From the NCBI GenBank assembly GCA_018304425.1, contig JAGVWE010000005.1, positions 137,145 to 201,144 of the forward strand: DNA of 64,000 bases, written 5' to 3'. The translations under genes were made by a program, and so were the position numbers. Below the pieces are notes generated by a model. It was not told the origin of the DNA, did no database searches, and worked only from the letters and a program-made list of their open reading frames with translations. Below, piece after piece: positions 33,089 through 42,438 of the stretch. The stretch comes from Candidatus Iainarchaeum sp. Its GTDB lineage: Archaea > Iainarchaeota > Iainarchaeia > Iainarchaeales > UBA10219. Position 1 is the stretch's first letter; each line of letters opens with the position of its first letter.

Positions 33089-34288
33089 TCATTTACTGTG
33101 CCCTAATAGGGTTTTTAATTGTGAGAGGTGCCTGGACCGGGCGAGCACCGCGTAGTTGGCCACCAGCCTTCGCTTGATGTCGGCCAGGGTCTCCGGCAAG
33201 TCGAAGGCTGGCTTTCTCCGCTTTTCCTCTGCTTCGATGATTTCGTTTATTTTTTTGAGGATGGCCTTGTTGTCGGGCTGGATGTTGGCCGCGTCCAGGG
33301 CCTGCCGGTAAAAGTCGAGGTTGCGGAAGAAGAGCGAGAGGTTTTCCCTGGAGGCATGCTCGTACAATTCGCCGAAGCCCAGGTTTTGGGCGAGCAGGCC
33401 GTTGAAATAGCGTTCGAAGAAGTCGGGTTTGGTGAAGACGTAGACGGGTTTCTTGAAGACCACGATTTCGTAGAGAATCGAGGTCCCCCCGTGGCATAGC
33501 ACGGCCTGCGCGGACAGCAGGTCTTTGGCGAATCCTTTTTCGGAGAACACCTTGAACTGCAGGTTGCGGTCCTTGCGTGCAACGTTTTTTCCGTAGACGA
33601 TGAATTTCTTGTCCGGGAAGAGGGGCAGGAGTTTAAGCACGGGGTCAATCTGCTCATCCGAGCCGTACACGAGCACGTGCTTTCCTTCGACAGGGGGGAC
33701 AGCGGCCAGCAGGCTCTCGCGGACGATGGGGTGGAAGAAGTGGACGTTTTTCTCCCTGGGCTCGGGCTTGATGAGCGAGGGGATGATGAAGTACTTGGAG
33801 GCGATGAAGGCGTTGAGCACCGGTTTTTCCGTCAAATAGTATTCCACCATCTGGTTGAATTTTAGGTGGGGTTTCACGTAGTTCATGAGGTGCATGTTGG
33901 AAATCGTGATGACCGGGATGCGGAACAAGTGCCCGACGTAGAGGCCGTTGACGTCGAAGTCCGAGATGATGAGGTCGGGCTTGAAGTCGCGCACCAGCTG
34001 CACCATTTTCTGGAAGTTGGTGGCAGCAACCCTCGGCAGGAGGGGCAGGCTCTGGAAGAACGTGCGGGCCTTGAGGTATTGGCTGCCCTTGAAGACCAGT
34101 TCAAACCAGTGGAGTTTGGCCCCATTGCGGGCCATTTCCTCCCTGAACTCGCGGCCGAGGTATTCATACCCCGAACCGTAGCTGGCGATGAAGACCTGGT
34201 GGCGCTTGAAGAGGCTTCGGATGAGCACCGAGCTCCGGGTCGCGTGGCCGAGGCCGAGGCCGCAGACCGTGAAGAGGATGCGGGCCAT
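33089..34288 (-). CDS. Glycosyltransferase, MJ1255 / UDP-glycosyltransferase-like (GT-B fold)
   Basis: N-terminal CGLGLGHATRS motif and C-terminal CHGGTSILYE motif, typical of this GT1/GT28-related family. Confidence 0.75.
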   Translation of the reverse strand: MARILFTVCGLGLGHATRSSVLIRSLFKRHQVFIASYGSGYEYLGREFREEMARNGAKLHWFELVFKGSQYLKARTFFQSLPLLPRVAATNFQKMVQLVRDFKPDLIISDFDVNGLYVGHLFRIPVITISNMHLMNYVKPHLKFNQMVEYYLTEKPVLNAFIASKYFIIPSLIKPEPREKNVHFFHPIVRESLLAAVPPVEGKHVLVYGSDEQIDPVLKLLPLFPDKKFIVYGKNVARKDRNLQFKVFSEKGFAKDLLSAQAVLCHGGTSILYEIVVFKKPVYVFTKPDFFERYFNGLLAQNLGFGELYEHASRENLSLFFRNLDFYRQALDAANIQPDNKAILKKINEIIEAEEKRRKPAFDLPETLADIKRRLVANYAVLARSRHLSQLKTLLGHSK

Positions 34289-34289
34289 T

Positions 34290-35114
34290 TCATTCCCCCA
34301 GCAGGCCGTTCAGCTTCGAAAAGGGGCCGATGAATTCCAGGCCGTTGACGTCCAGCAAGGCCTTGATCCCGGGAAAGTAGAAGCTGAGCCAGAGCTTCTT
34401 CCCCTCCCTTGCGTGGGTGGAAAGCAGGGACACGAGGCCCGGCATTTCCTTGAGTTCCACGAGGAGGTTGTTGGCCTTCGGCTTTGAGGCCGTGACGGTG
34501 GACAGTTGTTCCAGGAGCAGGGCGTCATCCGATTCAACGGTTATTTTTTCCGCGTTCAACTTGTTGGCGGCCTCGACCAGCAGGCCCAACGTCACCGGGT
34601 TGAGGTCCATCCGCCTGGAATCGTTGAAGTCAAAGGCCTTTAAGGCATTGATTTGCTCGGAAAACACTTTGGAGACCTTGCTGAGCTGCTCGACCTGGGT
34701 GAGGATGCGCTGGTTGATGCGGGCGAGTTCCGAGACCGTGAACTCCGTGGAGCCCTTGGCTGCCTTCAACAGGTCGGCATCCGTCTTCGAGCGCTCGATG
34801 AGGGCGTGCAGCAGTTCGACGATGGGGTTGATGCCCAGGTGCGGGTTCTTGGCGCGCACCAACTGGTTCAAGCGGATGAGGAGCTTGGACTTCATCTCGG
34901 AACTGATTTCCGTGGACGCCTTGTCGGTGATGAAGAGATTGCTGCCCTGCTTGGTGACCAAGCCGAAGGCGCGGAGGTCTTTGAGGGTGCGGGACAAGGC
35001 TGCGCGCGCGGAGTTCAGCGTGGAATAGTTGGCCGCGATTTTGTTGAGCAGGGCATGGTATTCCATGCCCTGGTTCTGCTTGATGATTAACAGGACGGCG
35101 TTGCGCGCAGTCAT
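34290..35114 (-). CDS. Hypothetical protein with an N-terminal wHTH-like segment
   Basis: 274 aa. N-terminus is LLIIKQNQGMEYHALLNKIAANYSTLNSARAALSRTLKDLRAFGLV. The rest is helical. Ends 2 nt before the glycosyltransferase start. Confidence 0.6.
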   Translation of the reverse strand: MTARNAVLLIIKQNQGMEYHALLNKIAANYSTLNSARAALSRTLKDLRAFGLVTKQGSNLFITDKASTEISSEMKSKLLIRLNQLVRAKNPHLGINPIVELLHALIERSKTDADLLKAAKGSTEFTVSELARINQRILTQVEQLSKVSKVFSEQINALKAFDFNDSRRMDLNPVTLGLLVEAANKLNAEKITVESDDALLLEQLSTVTASKPKANNLLVELKEMPGLVSLLSTHAREGKKLWLSFYFPGIKALLDVNGLEFIGPFSKLNGLLGE

Positions 35115-35195
35115 GTTAAGGCAGAAAGAGTTAACTGGTTAAAAAGGAGACGGACGGCTGTTAAGCGACCTGCCCTCTTCGAGGACGCGCGGCCT

Positions 35196-35480
35196 TTAGG
35201 CCGCTTGGAGTTCGACTTTCTTCATCCGCTTGGGGATGACGCGGTAGTGCTTGCGGCCGCACGCCGAGCATTCGGCGACGAAGGCCGGCTTCTTGGTTTG
35301 TTTTTTGACGATCGCCGTGAACTCGGCTTTTCCGCCATAGCCTTTCTTGTGCTTGCGGACGTTCTGCCGCACGCCCCAGGCCATGGCCCGCGCCGTGCCA
35401 GCCTTGAAGAGTTTGAGCTTGTGCGGGGTGTGCGCATTGCACTTGGGACAATAGTCCTTGACTTCCTTGGGAACGTTCAT
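35196..35480 (-). CDS. rpl44e: Ribosomal protein L44e (eL42)
   Basis: MNVPKEVKDYCPKCNAHTPHKL...AECSACGRKH, a zinc-ribbon C-x2-C...C-x2-C. Start trimmed to the conserved MNVPK. Confidence 0.9.
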   Translation of the reverse strand: MNVPKEVKDYCPKCNAHTPHKLKLFKAGTARAMAWGVRQNVRKHKKGYGGKAEFTAIVKKQTKKPAFVAECSACGRKHYRVIPKRMKKVELQAA

Positions 35481-35687
35481 GCAAACCACGAAAAAGCCGC
35501 TAAAAACAGCTTCAATTGACTCCATTGTCCTGGCAAGGGTTTAAAACCGTTGCGGTAAAGCCGGCCAGGAAAACACGGGTTTTGCCCAAACCAACCAAAA
35601 TAATAATTTTTCGTCAATAGACGTAATACATGCGCGGGCTTTCGATTACCGTCAAACGGCCAAGCAGGCTTTTATTCTAGAGCGTCT

Positions 35688-35912
35688 ATGGTGCTGGAAG
35701 CAGAAGTCAAGCTCAAAAAGTGGGGGAGTTCCATTGGAATGGTCCTGCCGAAGAAGGCCGTGGAAAAGGAGGGGCTCAAGGAGGGCGAGACCGTACGGGT
35801 GATGATCTTCAAGAAGAGAAACCCGTGGATTGAAAGCTTCGGCACCATGAAATTCTCCAAATCAACCGAGGAAATACTCAAAGAAGTGGATGAAGAGGGA
35901 TGGGATGAGTGA
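35688..35912 (+). CDS. vapB: AbrB/SpoVT-fold antitoxin (VapB-like)
   Basis: 74 aa: VKLKKWGSSIGMVLPKKAVEKEGLKEGETVRV, a swapped-hairpin AbrB motif. Confidence 0.75.
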   Translation: MVLEAEVKLKKWGSSIGMVLPKKAVEKEGLKEGETVRVMIFKKRNPWIESFGTMKFSKSTEEILKEVDEEGWDE

Positions 35913-36267
35913 AGGCCGGTATTTCTATGACACGAACGCCATTTGCGAGATACTCAAGGGAAACCCGGCCTATAAGGAGCGTTCGAAAGCCGGTGGTTCG
36001 ACCACCCTTTTCAATCTCGCTGAATTGAATTATTCGTTAAAACGCCAGGGCAAGGAGCGAGCTGACGAACAAACAACGGACTATGCTTCCTGTCTCGTCG
36101 ATGTCACGGTTGCCGATGTCTTAGAAGCCATGAGCCTCCGCGTCATGCGCCGCGCGTTTTCCGTCCCGGATGCCATCGGCTACGTGGTCGCCAAGCGGTT
36201 AGGCCTCAAGTTCCTCACCGGCGACAAGGAATTCCAGGGCATGGACAACGTGGAATTCGTCAAGTGA
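35905..36267 (+). CDS. vapC: PIN-domain toxin (VapC-like)
   Basis: YFYDTNAI (first acidic residue), ...AELNY..., DAIGYVVAKRLGLKFLTGDKEF (distal acidic residues). Overlaps vapB by 8 nt. Confidence 0.75.
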   Translation: MSEGRYFYDTNAICEILKGNPAYKERSKAGGSTTLFNLAELNYSLKRQGKERADEQTTDYASCLVDVTVADVLEAMSLRVMRRAFSVPDAIGYVVAKRLGLKFLTGDKEFQGMDNVEFVK

Positions 36268-36271
36268 AGCC

Positions 36272-36278
36272 TTAAATA
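36272..36278 (+). promoter_or_regulatory. TATA box TTAAATA
   Basis: Lies 22 nt upstream of ATG 36301, preceded by a purine-rich GAAGCC (BRE-like). Same box type as at 36600-36606 and 14222-14228. Confidence 0.45.
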
Positions 36279-36300
36279 CAAGTTGAGACACGGTTTTTTC

Positions 36301-36591
36301 ATGGCATACAAACTGCCTGGCAAACCCTGGGGCCACGCCCCCTGGAAGCAGCGCAAGAACCAGGGCATGGAAGGCCGGCGAGTACGCAAGTTGGAGGACA
36401 ACGAAGCCCGCGCCGCCAGGGATTCGGCGGAAAGGCGGAGGGCCCAGCAGAGCCTCCTCCACGGGCTGTCGCCCGAGCATAAACGCGCGCTCCTCGCCGA
36501 ATTGTTTGCGAACGGCCTCAAGCCCAGGGACCAGCGCAGGCCCCAAACCGAAATCGTGGCCGCCTATAAAGCAAGTCACGGGCTCCGCTAA
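36301..36591 (+). CDS. Small basic hypothetical protein
   Basis: 96 aa, Arg/Lys-rich. ATG sits at leaderless distance from a TATA box. The overlapping minus ORF (36199..36996) has an implausible Gln/Gly/His/Pro-rich composition. Confidence 0.4.
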   Translation: MAYKLPGKPWGHAPWKQRKNQGMEGRRVRKLEDNEARAARDSAERRRAQQSLLHGLSPEHKRALLAELFANGLKPRDQRRPQTEIVAAYKASHGLR

Positions 36592-36599
36592 AGAAACCC

Positions 36600-36606
36600 T
36601 TAAATA
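36600..36606 (+). promoter_or_regulatory. TATA box TTAAATA
   Basis: Lies 27 nt upstream of ATG 36634. Confidence 0.45.
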
Positions 36607-36633
36607 GCCCTTTCGCCTAATGATTGCGGGGTA

Positions 36634-37428
36634 ATGGGTTTGATTGTCAGCCTGATGGCCGGAGTTTTCGAGTTGGTGAAGCGGCCGACCGCGGTGTTGC
36701 CGGCCCTGGTGGCGGCCTTGTTCCAGACCGGGCTCTTCCTGCTGGCCTGGGAGCCCCTGTTCTCGTTGTTGTTCGAGTTGGGGCCCGGCGCAGGCATGCC
36801 GCGGGGCAGCCTCCTGGAATTGCCTTTCCTGTTGCTGGTTCGGTTCCCCAACGAAATCTCGGTGGCCGTGCTGCTTGCCTTTTTCTCCCTGGCCGCAGGC
36901 AACTGGCTGGTGTTCTCCTACAGCTACCTGTTCCGGAAAGAAAAGCCCCTGGGAACCCTGAAAGCCATGGCCGCTGCCTTGAAGGACTTCAAGCAAATCC
37001 TGGGCCTCACGGTTTTCCTGTTCGCGCTCGGCGTGGTGTTCCTGGCGTTCACCCTCGTCCTGGCCCTGGCCCTGAAACCGCTCGCCGAAATCGGCGCAAT
37101 CCTGTTGCTGGCCTGGCTGGTGCTCGGCTACTACGCTTACCTCAAGCTGTCGTTCACGCCCATCGCCATGCCCTTTGAAGGCGTGAAACTCAGGGAAGCC
37201 CTGAAGCGGAGCTGGCGCTTTACCCGCGGAAAAATCCCCGCCCTCCTCCTGCTCGGCATCGTGTTGTCGCTGGTTACCTCGCTTTTGTCCAACGCCGGCA
37301 GCCTGGCCTCCGACTTCGTCGAAGAAGAAACCGCCAGCTTCCTCGCCCTCGCCTTCTTCCTCGCCCTGGGAACCGCCTACGCCAACATTGTGCTCGTCAA
37401 GTACTGGCTGGTGGGGCGGGAAAAATAG
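36634..37428 (+). CDS. Polytopic membrane protein, unknown function
   Basis: 264 aa, about 6 TM helices. No family recognised. Confidence 0.6.
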   Translation: MGLIVSLMAGVFELVKRPTAVLPALVAALFQTGLFLLAWEPLFSLLFELGPGAGMPRGSLLELPFLLLVRFPNEISVAVLLAFFSLAAGNWLVFSYSYLFRKEKPLGTLKAMAAALKDFKQILGLTVFLFALGVVFLAFTLVLALALKPLAEIGAILLLAWLVLGYYAYLKLSFTPIAMPFEGVKLREALKRSWRFTRGKIPALLLLGIVLSLVTSLLSNAGSLASDFVEEETASFLALAFFLALGTAYANIVLVKYWLVGREK

Positions 37429-37650
37429 ATGCCTGAAAAACCGGTCCCACGCAGGAAAAGCGCCTGGAAACTCATCCGCCGAGCCACTTACAAAGGGCCA
37501 GCCACGGACTGCGTGAGGGAAGTGGACACAACCCTATAAGCGGCTCGCACCGTTTGCAAGCCCCTGTGCGCGGCTGAAAGGCCTTGGAAAAGGGTTTATT
37601 AATCCCTTCAGCGTTAATCCATTGAATTCTGTTTAGGCAAGGGGACTGGG

Positions 37651-40600
37651 TTGGAAATGATTCGCATCGCGCGCCTCCGTTTGAAGAACTTCAAGAGCTT
37701 CCGCAAGGCCAACATCCCCTTTCACGAGGGCTTCACCTGCATTGCGGGCAGCAATGCCAGCGGCAAGTGCGTGGTGGGGGACACGAAAGTCTACCTGTCG
37801 GACGGCTCCGCCAAACGCATCGACGAGTTGGTTGAAGCGGCGCTCGCGAAGTCGCAGCAGCCAGAGAAAATGGAGGACGGGTGCTTCACCCTCGCCAACC
37901 CGGAAAACGTCGAGGTCGCATGCCTTAACACGTGCTCGCTGAAAATGGAGCCCATGCCCGTGCGCTCGTTCATCAAGCGCACGAGCCCCGCCACGCTCCT
38001 GAAACTCACGACGAAAAGCGGGCGCAGCGTCACGGCCACGGCCTACCACCCGGTCTACTCGCTGCAGGACGGAAAGCTCAAGGCATTGCAGGCCGGCGAA
38101 CTGAAGGCCGGCACGCGCATCGCGGTGCCGCGGCGCCTCGTCAAGGAAACGCCGGACGGTTTTTTCCGGGAGCTGATTGAAGCGGTCGCCGAGGAAGACA
38201 ACCTGTATGCGCCGAATTACGGAGAGTACCGCGAGATTGCGCGCAAGTGGCTGAAGGAAAACGGCCTGACGCAGAAAGCGGGGGCGGCGCGCACCGGCAT
38301 CCCTTACCTGGCCTTGAAGTCGTTGCTGGACGGCCAGGCCATGAAGCTGGCATACTTGTTCAGGTTGCTGAAGGCCGCAGGCCACGAAGCAAAAGAAATA
38401 GCCTGCCTGGTTCCGATGGCAAAGGGCAAGACCGGCGCGAAGGAAGTGGTCATTCCCTGGCATAACTCCAAGAAATTCGCGCGGCTGCTGGGGTACTTGT
38501 TCGCGGAAGGCCGGAACTCGACGAACAACCAGGTGTGGTTCACCAACGGCACGCCAGAAATCGTGGAAGACTATGCGAGCCTGTGCCGGCAGACCCTGGG
38601 CATCGAACCATTCGTGAAAAAATACAAGCCGAACGCCTGGGACGCCATCCTGTTCTCGAACCCCGCCAGCCTGTTCCTGGACAAGTTCGGGTTATGCAGG
38701 GGCAAACGCACGAAGCACAAGCGGTTGAACGAATTTTTCATCAGGCACGCGTCGCCTGAAGAGCTGGCGGAGTTCCTGAACGGCTTGTATTGCGGCGACG
38801 GTTACGTGACTGGCAACACCGTTGAGCTGACCAGCGCGAGCCGGGAGCTGGCTTTAAGCGTGCAACGCCTCCTGCTGATGCTGGACATTCCGGGGCGCCT
38901 CAAGCAGCGCACCAAGCATGCGACCAACACGGGCCGGAGCGGCATCTATTGGAGTGTGAGCGTATTCGGCCAGGAAAACCTCCGGAAATTCAACGAGAAA
39001 ATCCGGCTCGTGCACGAGGCGAAGCGACGAACGCTGGAAAGCGCGGTTGCCGAGCCGCGACGGATCCATTCCAATGTGGACCTCATTCCGGGGTTGCAAG
39101 GCGTTATCCGAGAAACCTGCCAGGTGCTGGGTTCGCACCCCATGCGCAAAACCGACCGCTATCCGAAGCTCCAAGCCTATGCGAGGAACCTGTGCGAGGT
39201 CAGCCGGCACGGCCTGCAGGAGGTCATCGAAAGGGAGTTCGCTCCCTTGGCGGTCGCGTCCCCGGAGAAGCTGGCCGGCCTCCGGCTGCTGGCGGAATCG
39301 GATGTTCTGTGGGACGAAATCGTGTCCATTGAAGCCTTGGAATCGGCGGAAGAATGGGTGTACGACCTGTGCATCGACGAGCACCACAACTTCGTGGCCG
39401 ACAATGTGTTCGTGCACAACAGCAACATCCTGGACTCCATCCTGTTCGCCTTGGGCGCCACGAGCCTCAAGATGCTGCGGGCCTCGCGGTTGACCGACCT
39501 GGTGAACCATGACGCGGACGAGGACTATGCGAAGGCCGAGCTGGTGCTGAATGAGAACGGCCAGGAAATCGAGGTCAAGCGGCTGATTGACAAGAAGGGG
39601 CGCGGCGCGGTCAAGCTGAACGGGAAGAAGAAGAGCCTGGATGAGGTCACGGCCTACCTCGAGGAGCTGGGCCTACGGGCCAGCGGCCACAACATCGTTG
39701 TCCAGGGAGACATAACCAAAATCATCGAGATGAACCCCAAGGAGCGGCGACAAATCATTGACCGGGTCGCGGGCCTCCAGGAGTTCGAGGAAAAAAAGGA
39801 GGAAGCGCTCAAGAAGCTGGAGAAGGTCGAGCAGAAGGTGCGCGAGGTCGGCATCGTCTTGAAGGAACGCGAGCTGTACCTGGGGGAACTGGAAAAAGAG
39901 CGGGCGCTGGCCCTGAAGTTCGAGCAACTCAACACCGAGTTGAAGCAGTCGAAGGCCACGATTTTGGCGCTGGAGATAAAGAAGGTCAAGGCCGAGTTGG
40001 CGAGCGCGGAAAAAAAGCGGGAGAGCCTGCAGAAGCAGATTGACCGCCTGGCCAGGGAAAAAGAGGGGTTGGCCGAGGAGGGCCGCAAGGCAGGGGAAAA
40101 ATTGGAGGAACTGACCCGGAAACTCTTGGAGGCCAGCCAGAAGACCTATTCCGGCATCGGCCGCGAAATCGAGGAAAAAAAGGCGGAAGCCCGCGTCCTC
40201 CGCGAGCGACTGGCGGGTTTGAACCAGCGCCTGCAACAGGATTCCCTGGCCCTCCAGCAACGGGTGGACCAGGCCAAGAACCTGGCCAAGACCGCGGGCG
40301 AGCGGGAGCGGGAACTGCACACCGCGCGGGACAAGCTTCAGGGACTCAGCGAGTCGCTCAAGCAATTGCAGGGCCTGATTGAAGCCAAGTCCAAGACGGT
40401 TTCCGCCAAGAGCGGGGCGTTGAAGGCCAAGGAAGGCCAGATCGAGGGGTTGAAGGCGAGGGCCTTGGAGCACAAGGAGGCCTTGATGGGCACGCACGGC
40501 GAAATCGCGTGGGCCGAGAACCTCCTGGCCTCGCGGGAGCACTCCATTGAGGCCGTGGAAAAGGAGAACGCGGCGTTGCACAAGAAGCTGGAGGAGAAGG

Positions 40601-42348
40601 GCGAGCTGTTGAAGCGGCTCCGGGAACTCGAGAAACGCAAGGACCACGAGCAGGCCTTGTTGAAGAAGGAAGCCGAGCTGGAGAAGGCCTTGGAGGACAT
40701 CAGTTACTCGAAGAACCGCATCGAGGGCCTCCACGAGGAGATGGCGGCCCTGCAGAAGGCGAAAACCTCTTGCCCGGTCTGCGAGAACGAGTTGACCGGG
40801 GAGCGGAAGGACAAGTTGCGCGCGAAAAAGGAGCGCGAGAAGGACGAGTTCGAGGCCCGCATCCAGGAAAAGCACGCCTTGCGCGTGGAAATCGCGCGCG
40901 AGAAGGACGAGTTGCGGCACACCCTCAACGAGATAATCAAGTTGCGCGCCCAGCTCGAGGACGTGGACGAGCTGAAGAAGAAGCTGGAGGACAACCGCAA
41001 GCGCGTGCTGGAGTTGACCGCGGAATTGAAGAAGGTGGACTTGCCGGGCCTCAAGGCCAGGGAAAAAGAGCAGCAGCACGAGCTCGAGCGCGTGGAACGC
41101 GAGTGCTCGCTGGCCGTGAAGGGCCTGGAGAACATGCAGGAATCCGCGGAGAACCTGGCGTTCAACCAGTTGATGGAGAAATTCAACGAAGCCAACGCCG
41201 AGCACGCGGAGCGGCAGGAGCGGTTGCTCAAGCTGGAAAGCGAGTTGAACAATGCCAGGGAGGCCAGGGAGCGGCTGGGCGGCGAGGCCAAGGCCCTGGA
41301 AGGCCAGGTAAAGGGGTTCGGCGAGCAGCGGATGGAGAACGAGCGCGCCCTCCAAGGCATTGAAGGGGAACTGGCGGAGAAGCAGCTGGAAATGGAGAAG
41401 TCCCGGCAGGAAACCGGGTTGATGGAGCAGGAAAAGCAGCGGGTGTCCGCGCGGGTGCACGCGGTGGCCGGCGAGAAAGGCGAACTAGAGGGAAGGATTT
41501 CCGGGCTGGAACGGGAACTCAACGAGTTCAATCTCGAGCAGTCGCGGAACGAGGTCCGAATCGTCGACCTGGAAGAGGAATTCAAGCCCTTCGCGTCCAT
41601 CGAATTGCTGAAGGAAGCCGAGCTGCCCGCCCTGCGGAGCCGCCTGCCGAAAATCGAGGCCGAACTCGACAAAATCGGGGCGGTCAACATGAAGGCCATC
41701 CAGAGCTATGAAGACTACAAGAAGGAAGTCGAGGACGTGCGTGGCAAGGCGGCCGTGCTCGAAGGGGAGCGGAAGGCCGTGCTGGAAATGATTGACAAGA
41801 TCGAGGTCAAGAAACTCAACGTGTTCATGGAGTGCTTCAACAAGGTCAGCTATTTCTTCGGCGAACTCTACAAGAGCGTCTTCCAGAAGGAGGGAAGGCT
41901 GGGCTTGTCCGATGCCGTGAACCCCTTGGCAGGCGGCCTCCTGATCCAGGCCAAGTACAAGGAAGACAAGATGAAGAGCCTGGACGAGATGTCGGGCGGG
42001 GAAAAGTCGTTGACGGCGTTGGCGTTCCTGTTCGCCATCCAGCAATACCAGCCCTCGCCCTTCTATATCTTTGACGAGATTGACGCGGCCCTGGACAAGG
42101 AGAACTCGGTGCGTGTGGGCCTGATGATCCAGCAGGTGGCCCGGAAAAGCCAGGTCATCAGCATCACGCACAATGATGCAGTCATCAAGCTGGCCGACCA
42201 GCTCATCGGCGTGGCCCTGAACAAGCAGAAGAGCAGCGTGGTGGGGTTGAAGCTCAAGGGCGTGCTTTCGGCCGGTGGGGTCTTGGGCGGCGGGGAGAAA
42301 CCCGACGAGGTCAGCGACGAGGAAGGCGCGGAAGAGCTCTCCGCGTAG
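37651..42348 (+). CDS. smc: SMC chromosome-segregation ATPase, interrupted by an intein
   Basis: N-extein IARLRLKNFKSFRKANIPFHEGFTCIAGSNASGK joins SNILDSILFALG to restore the Walker A motif GSNASGKS. Long coiled coils and hinge. C-terminal signature LSGGEKSLTALAFLFAI and Walker B FYIFDEIDAALD. Confidence 0.93.
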   Translation: MEMIRIARLRLKNFKSFRKANIPFHEGFTCIAGSNASGKCVVGDTKVYLSDGSAKRIDELVEAALAKSQQPEKMEDGCFTLANPENVEVACLNTCSLKMEPMPVRSFIKRTSPATLLKLTTKSGRSVTATAYHPVYSLQDGKLKALQAGELKAGTRIAVPRRLVKETPDGFFRELIEAVAEEDNLYAPNYGEYREIARKWLKENGLTQKAGAARTGIPYLALKSLLDGQAMKLAYLFRLLKAAGHEAKEIACLVPMAKGKTGAKEVVIPWHNSKKFARLLGYLFAEGRNSTNNQVWFTNGTPEIVEDYASLCRQTLGIEPFVKKYKPNAWDAILFSNPASLFLDKFGLCRGKRTKHKRLNEFFIRHASPEELAEFLNGLYCGDGYVTGNTVELTSASRELALSVQRLLLMLDIPGRLKQRTKHATNTGRSGIYWSVSVFGQENLRKFNEKIRLVHEAKRRTLESAVAEPRRIHSNVDLIPGLQGVIRETCQVLGSHPMRKTDRYPKLQAYARNLCEVSRHGLQEVIEREFAPLAVASPEKLAGLRLLAESDVLWDEIVSIEALESAEEWVYDLCIDEHHNFVADNVFVHNSNILDSILFALGATSLKMLRASRLTDLVNHDADEDYAKAELVLNENGQEIEVKRLIDKKGRGAVKLNGKKKSLDEVTAYLEELGLRASGHNIVVQGDITKIIEMNPKERRQIIDRVAGLQEFEEKKEEALKKLEKVEQKVREVGIVLKERELYLGELEKERALALKFEQLNTELKQSKATILALEIKKVKAELASAEKKRESLQKQIDRLAREKEGLAEEGRKAGEKLEELTRKLLEASQKTYSGIGREIEEKKAEARVLRERLAGLNQRLQQDSLALQQRVDQAKNLAKTAGERERELHTARDKLQGLSESLKQLQGLIEAKSKTVSAKSGALKAKEGQIEGLKARALEHKEALMGTHGEIAWAENLLASREHSIEAVEKENAALHKKLEEKGELLKRLRELEKRKDHEQALLKKEAELEKALEDISYSKNRIEGLHEEMAALQKAKTSCPVCENELTGERKDKLRAKKEREKDEFEARIQEKHALRVEIAREKDELRHTLNEIIKLRAQLEDVDELKKKLEDNRKRVLELTAELKKVDLPGLKAREKEQQHELERVERECSLAVKGLENMQESAENLAFNQLMEKFNEANAEHAERQERLLKLESELNNAREARERLGGEAKALEGQVKGFGEQRMENERALQGIEGELAEKQLEMEKSRQETGLMEQEKQRVSARVHAVAGEKGELEGRISGLERELNEFNLEQSRNEVRIVDLEEEFKPFASIELLKEAELPALRSRLPKIEAELDKIGAVNMKAIQSYEDYKKEVEDVRGKAAVLEGERKAVLEMIDKIEVKKLNVFMECFNKVSYFFGELYKSVFQKEGRLGLSDAVNPLAGGLLIQAKYKEDKMKSLDEMSGGEKSLTALAFLFAIQQYQPSPFYIFDEIDAALDKENSVRVGLMIQQVARKSQVISITHNDAVIKLADQLIGVALNKQKSSVVGLKLKGVLSAGGVLGGGEKPDEVSDEEGAEELSA
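37768..39420 (+). mobile_element. Intein (551 aa) with a LAGLIDADG homing-endonuclease domain, inserted in the SMC P-loop
   Basis: Starts with Cys (CVVGDTKVYLSDG, block A). Block B is TATAYHPV. LAGLIDADG motifs are LLGYLFAEGRN and FLNGLYCGDGYV. Ends ...NVFVHN, followed by +1 Ser. 1653 nt, in frame. Confidence 0.9.
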
Positions 42349-42438
42349 GCCAGGCACAAGGTATAAATACCTTTCCCAAGTCAATTTTGGAATGAATGGC
42401 CCGATTTGGGTCGTTAAAGCTATTTTGGAGGGGTTGGA

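Noticed and set aside
37429-37539. 36-aa ORF (MPEKPVPRRKSAWKLIRRATYKGPATDCVREVDTTL) starting right after the stop of the preceding membrane-protein gene
   Set aside because: It is too short to support without conservation or expression data. It is noted only because TAG-ATG abutment suggests possible translational coupling.
39673-41460. 595-aa minus-strand ORF, plus the neighbouring minus-strand ORFs 40704..41699 and 41485..42384
   Set aside because: All are antisense to the SMC coiled-coil region. They are repetitive Leu/Gln/Pro-rich translations produced by the Glu/Lys/Leu codon periodicity of the real gene.
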